A DNA stretch of 64,000 nucleotides from Candidatus Latescibacterota bacterium. GTDB lineage: Bacteria > Latescibacterota > UBA2968. The stretch spans positions 4,320,001-4,384,000 of the forward strand of contig OZ220741.1 in the NCBI GenBank assembly GCA_965116885.1, in the 5' to 3' direction. This document shows, in pieces, positions 28,728 to 38,111 of the stretch. Below the pieces are notes generated by a model. The model was not told the origin of the DNA. It made no database searches and was given only the letters and a program-made list of their open reading frames with translations. The position numbers were made by a program, and so were the translations under genes. Within the stretch, counting starts at the first letter, position 1, and each line of letters starts with the position of its first letter.

Positions 28728-30200
28728 TCACAATGAGAGAATCTTCCCGATCTTTCCCGGTTGTGCCCAGTTGCATTTCCCCTCTCCGTTGAGTTGTCTC
28801 AACAAAGCGGGAATACCTGGATGTTGAAGCGCAGCGCAAACCCTCCCGGCATCGGCCTTGTTCCAACAAGGGATAAACGCCTGCATGGCCTGGTTTACTT
28901 GCCACACTTGCCCCTTCTCATTGCTCAAGATGATGGGATGAAAATCGCTCTTACCATAAGCCTCCCAGATAACCTTATAGGGCGCAAAAGAATACGGGCC
29001 AACGCCGAGCAGCGACCACCAGACGCCTTTGGCAATAGCAGATCGGATCAAGGTACCTCTCCGATTTTCAAGTTTGTCTCTAACCTCAATGAGATATTGT
29101 CTCAGTTCGGCATATTGCTCAATACTGGCCCACGAAAGCGGCCGTCCTGTATTTCTATTGTATGGAAGCAAAATCCATTTATGCGGGACCATGTCCACAT
29201 TCTTCCAGATCTCCTTTGTCGCAAGCGGAAAGAGAAATTCCCCAGGCAGATGCGCTGGCTTATCCTCGAACATGAAAATCGTATTCGCACCGCAAGTATT
29301 CACACCCTGACGCGGTTTCTGCTCAGAAGACAGTTCGACTTTGATGGCGCCAAGATCAGCAGTATCCCCGCGCGGAAGAACACGCCACTGATCATCAGGA
29401 ACCTTTAGGGGAACCGCCCGGTGTTCAATCCACTCCCCTCCCCGCTCTCTGAAATACCTGACGGGGAATTTGCGTGGCACATCCATGCGAAACTTGGCGC
29501 AACAATAAGATGTACCTACCCCTTCGAACACCTCTGTCGCGGTAAACTCACAGACCTCATCTACCGCAAATCTCCGACCGCTGGCAACGTAGTCCCTGAA
29601 TCCCCTGTGGGCATCACCTGAGAAGATAGAAAGTGGTAGATAGAAACACCCTATCCCATTCTTGCACAGCAAATTGCCCAGAACGACCTTCAACACCAGT
29701 GCCGCTATATCGGTGCGCGAGGCACCGAGAAGAACCTGTTTTTTATCGGGAACCAGACCTTCTGCTACAAAATAAGACTTGAGTCTCTCCTTATATGAAT
29801 CGGACAAATCCGTGAAATTTGCCCACGGCGGGTTGCCAAACAAGATGTCGTAATCGGTATTCGGAGGATTTGTAATCACATCTAAAGCGAGAAGCTGAGA
29901 CGCAGGAAAATCAACCGCGAAATTCCGACGCGCTTTACGCTGGAATGCATGGAGATGTGATGCACGGACCTCAATCAAAGTCAGCCGCGAAAGAAGCTCT
30001 GGAGACACCCGAACACCTCTTAATTTAGCGAGACGGAACAGCGCGAGCGCGAAAGCCCCCTGTCCCGCAGTCGGGTCACAAACAGACGCCCCATCAATCC
30101 ACGCATCGAAAATACTCCACCGCTCAATAAGCCATTCTGCCCATTTAATCGGAGTAAAAACCTGTCCCACCTCAACACTGTGCGAACTGTTTACAATCAT
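28728..30200 (-). CDS. Orphan N6-adenine DNA methyltransferase (gamma-type motif order)
   Basis: GQVFTP, DPTAGQGAF (motif I), GNPPW (motif IV), FEGV (motif VIII); SD GGAGG. Confidence 0.85.
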   Translation of the reverse strand: MIVNSSHSVEVGQVFTPIKWAEWLIERWSIFDAWIDGASVCDPTAGQGAFALALFRLAKLRGVRVSPELLSRLTLIEVRASHLHAFQRKARRNFAVDFPASQLLALDVITNPPNTDYDILFGNPPWANFTDLSDSYKERLKSYFVAEGLVPDKKQVLLGASRTDIAALVLKVVLGNLLCKNGIGCFYLPLSIFSGDAHRGFRDYVASGRRFAVDEVCEFTATEVFEGVGTSYCCAKFRMDVPRKFPVRYFRERGGEWIEHRAVPLKVPDDQWRVLPRGDTADLGAIKVELSSEQKPRQGVNTCGANTIFMFEDKPAHLPGEFLFPLATKEIWKNVDMVPHKWILLPYNRNTGRPLSWASIEQYAELRQYLIEVRDKLENRRGTLIRSAIAKGVWWSLLGVGPYSFAPYKVIWEAYGKSDFHPIILSNEKGQVWQVNQAMQAFIPCWNKADAGRVCAALQHPGIPALLRQLNGEGKCNWAQPGKIGKILSL

Positions 30201-30440
30201 TACCTCCAACCCATTCCAGTACAATTAGTTATGAAAATCATATAATGAATTTTATCCAGCGCAATCAGATACTGATTTCGGATCCATTTCTCCCTTGATA
30301 TTACATATCGCATCTATACACGCTTGTTTACCAAAATTCAACCCGATTATACCCGCCTGATAAACACCTGTCAACCGATTTGTGTCAATAAGACGCGTGA
30401 ATATCCCATTGGTTATTTTTAATCCGTTCAATTAAAAAAG

Positions 30441-30468
30441 ACGGCACTGGGAAAATTGCCAGTGCCGT
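30441..30468. other. Terminator-like hairpin in a divergent intergenic region
   Basis: ACGGCACTGG-gaaaattg-CCAGTGCCGT flanked by A- and T-rich runs. Confidence 0.55.
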
Positions 30469-30539
30469 TCTTTCATTTTTTAGATTATATTTTATTTTTT
30501 AGTTTTACAAAATATTAACAAAGAAAAGGAGATATTGGG

Positions 30540-31007
30540 ATGCAGCAGAAATTCATGAGCAGAGCCATAGAGCTCTCCCGGATTCATATGAGGGCGGGAG
30601 CAGGAGGCCCATTCGGTGCGGTTATCGTCAAGGACGGAAGAATTATTTCGGAGGGGTATAATGAGGTGCTCTCCAACAAAGACCCCACAGCCCATGCGGA
30701 GATCATGGCCATCAGAAAGGCTACATTCAAGCTCGACACCTTCCACCTCCAGGGATGCGAAATCTACACCAGTTGCGAACCCTGCCCCATGTGTCTCGCC
30801 GCCATCTACTGGGCCAGAATCGAGAAAATTTATTTCGCCAATACCGCTGAAGACGCCAGGAATATTGGCTTCGACGACCAATCCTTTTATCAGGAATTGC
30901 AACTGCCGTGGGCCGAACGTCAAATCCCTTCCCAGCAATTGCTGCGCGATCAGGCATTAGCGGTCTTCAGAGAGTGGCAGGAAAAGGTGGATCGCATTGA
31001 GTACTAG
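30540..31007 (+). CDS. guaD: Guanine/nucleoside deaminase (cytidine deaminase-like fold)
   Basis: GGPFGAVIV, DPTAHAE, TSCEPCPMC, GFDD. Confidence 0.88.
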   Translation: MQQKFMSRAIELSRIHMRAGAGGPFGAVIVKDGRIISEGYNEVLSNKDPTAHAEIMAIRKATFKLDTFHLQGCEIYTSCEPCPMCLAAIYWARIEKIYFANTAEDARNIGFDDQSFYQELQLPWAERQIPSQQLLRDQALAVFREWQEKVDRIEY

Positions 31008-32296
31008 AGTGACCCGACCACAAACCGGATCGCGAACAGCACCGCCACCGTAACCACCGCCAGATTCAGCTCAAGGCGGCGCCCGCCCAACACCTTAATA
31101 AGTACATATGAGATGAATCCGAGGCCGATTCCGGTGGCGATCGAATAGGTGAAAGGCATCGCTATCGCCGTCACAATGGCAGGCACGCACTCAGTCAGAT
31201 CTTCCCATTCTATGTGCCGAAGGGCGCGCACCATGACACACCCTACAAACACGATCGCTGGGGCAGTCGCGTAAACCGGAATCGCCGTTGCCACAGGCGC
31301 GAACACAAGCGCGACCAGGAAAAGCCCCGCCACGACCAGAGCCGTAAGTCCAGTCCGCCCACCAGCCCGCACCCCCGCTGCACTTTCGATACTTGACGTC
31401 GTGGTTGACGTACCCAGAAGTGCGCCTACAATAGTGGCAGAGCTATCCGCTACAAGGGCACGGCGCAGCCCTGTAACCCGACCGGCGCTATCGGTCAATC
31501 CTCCCTCGTTGAGTACCGCAACCAGCGTGCCGCTGGTGTCAAATAGATCCACCATCAGGAATGCGAATACGATCGAGATCAAGCCTATCTCGAATGCCCC
31601 GACAATGTCCAGTTGCAACGCTGTTGGAGCCAGCGAAGGTGGTAGCGCTACCACGGATTCCGGTGCTGGCGACAGCCCCCCTATCCAACCCACCAATGCC
31701 ACAACCAGAATGCAGATCAGCACAGAGCCAGGCACCTTCCGATGCTCAAGCGCCACGATTCCAATAAATCCGAGGCCCGCCAGCACCACTGTCCACTGAG
31801 CCAGATCGCCCAGCGTGACCAGCGTGGCTTCGCTGGCTACCACAATCCCTGCGTTGCGCAACCCAATAATGACAAGGAAGTATCCGATCCCCGCTGCAAT
31901 GGCCATCTTCTGCGAACGCGGAATGCTGTTGACGACCCACTCTCGCACGGGAAGCACGGACAGGATGAGCATCAGGCATCCAGAACAGAACACCGCTCCG
32001 AGCGCGACTTGCCAGGACAATCCCAGTGTGCCCACCGCGACCGCAGCGAAATAGGCGTTCAGACCCATTCCCGGGATCAGTGCAATGGGATAGTTGGCGT
32101 AAAGGCCCATGACCGCAGACCCGAACGCCGCGGCGAGACAAGTAGCTACCAGCACCGCGCCAGTGTCCATTCCCGCGCCTCCCAGCACCAGCGGATTCAC
32201 GAAGATGATATACGACAGGGGCAGGAAAGTGGTGCATCCGGCCAGAACTTCCTGCCGCACGCTTGAGTTCCGCTCTTTCAACTGAAAATAGCTCAT
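31004..32296 (-). CDS. NCS2/AzgA family purine permease
   Basis: SYIIFVNP, PGMGLNAYF, DLFDTSGT, IESAAGVRAGGRTGLT, PFTYSIATG. Confidence 0.92.
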   Translation of the reverse strand: MSYFQLKERNSSVRQEVLAGCTTFLPLSYIIFVNPLVLGGAGMDTGAVLVATCLAAAFGSAVMGLYANYPIALIPGMGLNAYFAAVAVGTLGLSWQVALGAVFCSGCLMLILSVLPVREWVVNSIPRSQKMAIAAGIGYFLVIIGLRNAGIVVASEATLVTLGDLAQWTVVLAGLGFIGIVALEHRKVPGSVLICILVVALVGWIGGLSPAPESVVALPPSLAPTALQLDIVGAFEIGLISIVFAFLMVDLFDTSGTLVAVLNEGGLTDSAGRVTGLRRALVADSSATIVGALLGTSTTTSSIESAAGVRAGGRTGLTALVVAGLFLVALVFAPVATAIPVYATAPAIVFVGCVMVRALRHIEWEDLTECVPAIVTAIAMPFTYSIATGIGLGFISYVLIKVLGGRRLELNLAVVTVAVLFAIRFVVGSL

Positions 32297-32498
32297 TATT
32301 CCGCTGCTCCTCTCTGCATTGTGGATTCTTCAGCTATATATGTACTCCATCCTATCGAATGATCCATCTTCTGTCAAGGCAGTACCACGTTCATTATTGC
32401 AAGGGACAGATATTTTGCACTTTGCACATCTTCCCAAAAGCGATACTTTAAGCGAGAAACAGATGGACTGGACGGACTGACCACTGACAATTCACCTT

Positions 32499-33596
32499 AT
32501 GAACGACCTTGCAATCTATTTCACCACAAGCCTTTGCGCTGTGTACACCACGCTGATCGCCATTTTTTTCTTCGGTCTTTTTCGCAGATCGCGGCGAGTA
32601 AATGCACAGCGTCTATCTGTTTCCGTTATTGTACCTGCTCGCAATGAAGCCACCAACATCGATGCATGTTTGCGGGCATTGGCCTCACAGCCCTATCCTG
32701 CCGACCATCTGGAAATTATCGTTGTAGATGACCGCTCCACCGATGATACCGCCGCTCGAATCGACAAATGGACGCGCTGTTTACCCAACCTGAGTCGCGT
32801 ATCTGTCACACAACAGAACTACGCCTGCCCCAAAAAAAACGCCCTGTGGCAGGGCATCAAACACGCACGGGGAGATATTATTTTTACAACGGACGCCGAT
32901 TGTCGGCCCGGTCCCAATTGGATTGCGTCAAACCTCGCGTACTTTGCGTCCGATGTCGGCATGGTCATCGGCCACGCTCCCCTGCTGCAAAACGAAAAAG
33001 CCCTATCGGGCCTGCTGTCTCTTCAGGCACTCATTGTCTCAACTCTCGCAGCGGGCAGCGCGGGCATTGGATTTCCGCTCACTTGTTCGGGACGCAACAT
33101 GGCCTATCGCAGAAAGGCCTTTGATGAGGTCAACGGCTTTAACGACATCGGACACATCATCGGCGGCGACGATGTGTTGCTCATGCGCCAATTCGCGCAA
33201 AAAAGCGCGTGGAAAATTCGGTTCAACGCAGACGCCGATGCGTTCGTCCCCTCAGCGTCTCACCCGGACAATCTCATCAATCGACAGGTGCGCTACCAAT
33301 CCAAAACCATTCACTACGGCATTCCCACCTTGATTCTGGCTCTTGCGGTGTATATATTCCATGTCGTTCTGGCTACACTGCCCATTTTGTTCTGGACCAA
33401 CGCCGAATTATTTTATATGATCGGCTCTTGCCTGGGGATAAAAATAATCGCCGATGCCGTTTTTTTGCTCTTCGGCAGTATCCGCTTCAAAAGCCTGAAA
33501 TTGCTCCTGTGGTTTCCAGTTCTCGAAATCCTGATCATTCCCTATATTGTCATCATCTGCGCGCTCGGCACATTTACACCATTCAAATGGAAATAA
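32499..33596 (+). CDS. Glycosyltransferase family 2, membrane-anchored
   Basis: VIVPARNE, VDDRSTD, TTDAD, GGDD, degenerate RQVRY; TM helices at both ends. Confidence 0.9.
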   Translation: MNDLAIYFTTSLCAVYTTLIAIFFFGLFRRSRRVNAQRLSVSVIVPARNEATNIDACLRALASQPYPADHLEIIVVDDRSTDDTAARIDKWTRCLPNLSRVSVTQQNYACPKKNALWQGIKHARGDIIFTTDADCRPGPNWIASNLAYFASDVGMVIGHAPLLQNEKALSGLLSLQALIVSTLAAGSAGIGFPLTCSGRNMAYRRKAFDEVNGFNDIGHIIGGDDVLLMRQFAQKSAWKIRFNADADAFVPSASHPDNLINRQVRYQSKTIHYGIPTLILALAVYIFHVVLATLPILFWTNAELFYMIGSCLGIKIIADAVFLLFGSIRFKSLKLLLWFPVLEILIIPYIVIICALGTFTPFKWK

Positions 33597-33597
33597 T

Positions 33598-34656
33598 ATG
33601 CTCTCAATCAAACTCCTGCCCGAAACCTTCATGCGATACCATCGCGCAATCACGCCCCGGCGAATATGGAATGCCTCAAAAGTGATTGCGTCCTACGCCC
33701 TTTCCAATCTGTTTCGGCGGGATATTCGCATGGGCAAACCCTTTGTACTCATGGTCGAACCCACCAATTTCTGCAACCTCAAATGCCCGCTCTGCCCCTC
33801 TGGCAATGGCGACATGACCCGCGAGCGCGGCATTATGCCGTTTGAACACTTCAAGCATGTCTTTGAGCAACAGGTCGATCATCTCCTGCTCCTCATGTTG
33901 TGGAACCAAGGCGAACCCTTTATCAACAAACACCTCACCGACATGATCCGATTGGCCTCCGCGCACAATGTCCCCACACTGACCAGCACCAATGTCCACT
34001 ACATCAAAAACCGGGAAACCGCCCGGGACATTGTCGATTCCGGCCTTTCCGAACTCGTGGTATCCCTGGACGGCGTCACACCCGAAAGCTATGTCAAATA
34101 TCGCGTGGGAGGCAATTTTGACCGCGTACTCGACGGCATTCGCCTCCTTGTTCAGGCTAAACGCGACCTGCAAAGCAGCCATCCTCTGATCCACCTGCAA
34201 TTTATCATCATGAAACACAACGAACACGAAATTGAAGCCGCGCGCAAATTCGCTCGGGAGTTAGGCGTAGATCGCCTCTCACTCAAAACAGCCCAGGTTT
34301 ATACCGATTCCGATGCAGAGACCTTCTTGCCTTCTGACGAAAAATTCAGCCGCTACGATTACAATGCAGACCATCTCTCGACCAAAAATAAAATCAGCAA
34401 CACCTGTCGGCATCTCTGGTACAGTACTGTCATCAATTGGGACGGCGCTGTATCGCCCTGCTGCTTTGACAAAGATGTTCACTTCGGTCTCGGCGATGCC
34501 CTCAGCGAATCGGACTTCGACCAGATCTGGACCGGTCAAAAATACACGGACTTCCGAAACGCCATCCTCAAAGACCGCAAATCTGTACCAATATGTAACA
34601 ACTGTTCAGAAGGCGTGAAGGGCATGTTTTACGATATAGAAAAAGTCGAGCACTGA
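33598..34656 (+). CDS. Radical SAM protein with SPASM/twitch domain
   Basis: CNLKCPLC (Cx3Cx2C), QGEP, C-terminal CRHLW...PCC...CNNC. Confidence 0.9.
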   Translation: MLSIKLLPETFMRYHRAITPRRIWNASKVIASYALSNLFRRDIRMGKPFVLMVEPTNFCNLKCPLCPSGNGDMTRERGIMPFEHFKHVFEQQVDHLLLLMLWNQGEPFINKHLTDMIRLASAHNVPTLTSTNVHYIKNRETARDIVDSGLSELVVSLDGVTPESYVKYRVGGNFDRVLDGIRLLVQAKRDLQSSHPLIHLQFIIMKHNEHEIEAARKFARELGVDRLSLKTAQVYTDSDAETFLPSDEKFSRYDYNADHLSTKNKISNTCRHLWYSTVINWDGAVSPCCFDKDVHFGLGDALSESDFDQIWTGQKYTDFRNAILKDRKSVPICNNCSEGVKGMFYDIEKVEH

Positions 34657-34719
34657 GGAATTAAGAATTAAAAATTAAGAATGGTTTGGCGGTGTAATCA
34701 CTTCACAGCCCCTCTTTTT

Positions 34720-34748
34720 CATCTGCGTCCATCTGCGTCCATCTGCGG
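34720..34748. repeat. 10-bp tandem repeat (CATCTGCGTC)x~3
   Basis: Read directly from the intergenic sequence. Confidence 0.8.
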
Positions 34749-34761
34749 ATCACACTTCTAA

Positions 34762-35877
34762 ATGGATATCATCCACCACTTATTGCTGCTCTCTACAGTC
34801 CTCTACACCCTCGTCGCACTGTGTTTTTTTTTCGGATTATTCCGCCTGAACAATCAGCCTCGCACCACTGAAACGCCATTTATATCCATCGTTATTGCCG
34901 CGCGCAATGAAGCGGATTATATCGGTCTGTGCCTCGATTCCCTGAAACAACAGACCTATCCATCCGACAGATTTGAAATCCTCGTCGTTGACGATGACTC
35001 GATAGATAATACATCCCAAGTCGTCGCCTCCACGCGCCTGGACAATCTCCACCTTTTGTCTGTCGATAACAGCTTTCCAGAAATGGTGGCAAAAAAACGA
35101 CCGATGTCCGTTGGTATTCACCGTGCCAGGGGCGAATGGATCCTCACCACCGATGCCGACTGCACAGTACCCCCCACCTGGATCGCCAGCATGGCATCTT
35201 ATATGGCGGCTGATATTGGCGTTGTCATCGGCTTTTCGCAACTTACATCGCGCTCGTTTTTCGACCGATTGCAGGCTTATGATTTTCTCACCCTCATGGC
35301 CGCAGCTGCCGGTGCCGCTGGGACAGGCATCCCCCTGGCTGCTTCGGGACAAAATTTCGCCTATCGCAAATGTCTTTTTGAAAAAGTCGGCGGTTTCCGC
35401 GCCATCGCACACCGCCCATCTGGCGACGATGTGCTATTGCTCCAATTGCTGCGCCGCGCCTGGGATGGACGCATCGCGTTTGCCGCTGATCCCGGCGCTT
35501 ATGCAACCACCCATCGCCCAGAAACCCCATCATCGCTGTGGCAACAACGCAAGCGGTGGGCATCTAACGCCGCGTATCAACTGCGTCTCAATCCCGTTTT
35601 TTTTTCTTATATTGCAGTAGTCTTTTTGACCAACGCACTCATTCCCGCTGCTTTTCTCATTTCAATAACAGACGGCACATACACGCTGCCCCTGATCTGC
35701 TGGGGCGCGAAAATACTGGCAGATCTGCTCATAGCGGGAAAAGGCGTTCAGATCTTCAAGCGTGCGGATCTACTCATCATGTTTCCACTTTGGGAGATCG
35801 TACAAATCCCCTACACCATTCTCATCGGCCTCGCGGGAACCCTGCGTGGATTTACATGGAAAGGCCGAGATCATTGA
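34762..35877 (+). CDS. Glycosyltransferase family 2 (paralog of 32499..33596)
   Basis: IAARNE, VDDDS, TTDAD, SGDD, QQRKRW (QxxRW). Confidence 0.9.
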   Translation: MDIIHHLLLLSTVLYTLVALCFFFGLFRLNNQPRTTETPFISIVIAARNEADYIGLCLDSLKQQTYPSDRFEILVVDDDSIDNTSQVVASTRLDNLHLLSVDNSFPEMVAKKRPMSVGIHRARGEWILTTDADCTVPPTWIASMASYMAADIGVVIGFSQLTSRSFFDRLQAYDFLTLMAAAAGAAGTGIPLAASGQNFAYRKCLFEKVGGFRAIAHRPSGDDVLLLQLLRRAWDGRIAFAADPGAYATTHRPETPSSLWQQRKRWASNAAYQLRLNPVFFSYIAVVFLTNALIPAAFLISITDGTYTLPLICWGAKILADLLIAGKGVQIFKRADLLIMFPLWEIVQIPYTILIGLAGTLRGFTWKGRDH

Positions 35878-35880
35878 AGT

Positions 35881-37011
35881 ATGAGGTATCTCATGACTAC
35901 CAAAATCCTTTTCTCACTCCTCAGCCTGCTGCTCGCAATGCCATCTTATGCACAGCGCCCGCGTGCCCGAGATCTCGGCATTCAGATTGGCACATTGCTC
36001 ACAGGCACATACAACGCCATTACCGATGTCGAAGGCGTTCTCGTCGGTCACGTCACCTTAATTGAAGGCAGTGGCGAACTCGTCGTGGGCAAAGGACCCG
36101 TGCGAACAGGTGTCACAGCTATCGTCCCGCACAGCGAGGATATCTATCGAAATAATATATTTGCCGCAGCCGAAGCCCTCAATGGCAACGGTGAAATGAC
36201 GGGGATGGCCTGGATTAATGAACGCGGACAACTCGAAGTGCCCGTTGTACTTACGAATACGCTCTCTGTGGGAGAAGGCTATAGTGGGGTGGTCGAATAC
36301 ATGCTCAAGCAGGGCACCGGACGGGTCCCTCTACCTGTAGTCGCCGAATGTTACGACGGCGGTCTCAATGACATTGCAGGGCGCCATGTCACAGTCGATC
36401 ATGTTGTCGAAGCTATTGAAATCGCCACAGACGGCGCAGTGCCCGAAGGCTCGGTTGGTGCGGGCACAGGAATGCGCGCGTATGGATTCAAAGCTGGCAT
36501 CGGCACAGCTTCGCGCGTTGTACCAGATGGACATACCGTAGGCGTACTCGTCAATGCCAACTGCGGACGCAGGCCGAAACTCCTCATTGCCGGCGTTCCC
36601 GTAGGACGCGAATTACCCGTTCAGACTTCCCCAACGCGCGATGGCTCGATCATTGTGGTCATTGCCACCGACGCGCCCCTCGTCCCACATCAATTGCGCC
36701 GCCTGTGCAAACGCGCTGCCATAGGCATTGGTCGCACGGGCACGGTTTCCCGTACCAGCAGCGGGGATTTCGCCATTGCCTTTTCAACCGCCTACCGCGT
36801 ACCTCGCACCCGCGCTGACCGCGATACAATTACCACACTGCGCGATGGCCGGCTAAACGCCATCTTCCAGGCCACCATCGAAGCAACTGAAGAAGCCATT
36901 GTCAATTCCATGTGCGTAGCAGAACCCATGACGGGTCGAGACAACCGCATAATGCCCGCGTTACCGCATGACAAATTAGTCGAGGTACTTCAAAAATACG
37001 GTCGGAGATAA
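35881..37011 (+). CDS. DmpA-like P1/S58 aminopeptidase with signal peptide (start may be 35893)
   Basis: RPRARDLG, NAITDVEGVLVGH, EGSVGAGTGM, DGSIIVVIATDAP autocleavage site, SGDFAIAFST. Confidence 0.9.
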   Translation: MRYLMTTKILFSLLSLLLAMPSYAQRPRARDLGIQIGTLLTGTYNAITDVEGVLVGHVTLIEGSGELVVGKGPVRTGVTAIVPHSEDIYRNNIFAAAEALNGNGEMTGMAWINERGQLEVPVVLTNTLSVGEGYSGVVEYMLKQGTGRVPLPVVAECYDGGLNDIAGRHVTVDHVVEAIEIATDGAVPEGSVGAGTGMRAYGFKAGIGTASRVVPDGHTVGVLVNANCGRRPKLLIAGVPVGRELPVQTSPTRDGSIIVVIATDAPLVPHQLRRLCKRAAIGIGRTGTVSRTSSGDFAIAFSTAYRVPRTRADRDTITTLRDGRLNAIFQATIEATEEAIVNSMCVAEPMTGRDNRIMPALPHDKLVEVLQKYGRR

Positions 37012-37013
37012 GT

Positions 37014-37862
37014 TCAAGGATAGCTATTGGTAAGTCTGCGGATGACGAAGCCCCTTTCCTCGTCGGCCATATTCTCGTGGTAATCTACAAAGAATTGTTC
37101 TGGATAGCCGAACTCCTCATTATACGTGACGTCGATGCGGGCTGCATTCTCGTCCAGTGCGCTCTGCAATACGGCGAACAGAGCCTTGACCGAAACGAAT
37201 CGCTCAGGATCGGGGATATTGGGCACGGCCGGGTCGGCAGAGGCGACGCTTGCGACTACACCTCCGCGCACGGTTACCTCCGCGTCAGCAGTGTAGTCTA
37301 TCGGACAGAAGCAGTTCCATGCGCCTGTATAAACGTAGTTCGCAACCCTTCTTCGCTCCCACCGCCCTTGATGACGGAGCAGGTCCGCCTGTAGGGAGCC
37401 TGGATCGCGCACGAGAAGGACGTCTTCGAAGATTGGTATATCGATCTCTCCACCGCCGGCAGTGATACCGGTTATAGTGCGAGTGTACCTGCCCGCTGGC
37501 AAATCTGCGTCGATCAGAGGCAGATTGACGATTCTGTGAAAAGGTAAGGGCAGTTCGCGAGTTGGAGCGGACAAATCCACGACCACTGTCTGCGATCCCC
37601 TGTTGCCAGCTATCTGGACGCGCACTGCGATAATGGCCCCGTCAAACTCGCAATTGCCGGTGTTGATGTCGTCAACCTGCGTGGGCACGGCATCTTTGCC
37701 AATCACCGCCATGAGGTAGTCGTCCGAGTAAGCCTCTGTAACTCCGCACGCCACTTCCGAAGCATCCGGAACAGTAGGCGATGGGACGATGCCACAGGCA
37801 ACCGTGATCCCGAGGGTCAATAGAACTCCTGATCTTGCAATATAGCGCCTGATGTTCATCAT
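37014..37862 (-). CDS. Putative lipoprotein with C-terminal DUF6174-like domain
   Basis: Lipobox-like ITVAC; C-terminal NCFCP...YNEEFGYP..FVDY...DEE. Confidence 0.65.
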   Translation of the reverse strand: MMNIRRYIARSGVLLTLGITVACGIVPSPTVPDASEVACGVTEAYSDDYLMAVIGKDAVPTQVDDINTGNCEFDGAIIAVRVQIAGNRGSQTVVVDLSAPTRELPLPFHRIVNLPLIDADLPAGRYTRTITGITAGGGEIDIPIFEDVLLVRDPGSLQADLLRHQGRWERRRVANYVYTGAWNCFCPIDYTADAEVTVRGGVVASVASADPAVPNIPDPERFVSVKALFAVLQSALDENAARIDVTYNEEFGYPEQFFVDYHENMADEERGFVIRRLTNSYP

Positions 37863-38111
37863 CTATCTCCTCGTGAATGTCATTCTACTCATTCTATTTC
37901 TACATACTCAGAACGCACAAGGAGCCTCAATAGTTCCCCGATAGCTGGCAGCGCACGGATAATCCGCCCTATCATCGCTCGATGAACCTTCTCGCATCCC
38001 TCCATGAGAGGGCGTGGGCGCGTTTTAGAGCGATAGGTGTTGACAGACGCCTGGCAGGGTGCGATACTTCCCACAGATCGAAAAGTTCGAATATGCACTG
38101 GAGGACCAAAT

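Noticed and set aside
30400..30539. Purine riboswitch upstream of the guanine deaminase
   Set aside because: Only a simple hairpin is present; I could not find the conserved purine aptamer core
37889..38098. 69-aa minus-strand ORF upstream of the lipoprotein
   Set aside because: No family signal and it overlaps the probable symporter promoter; at most a gene remnant
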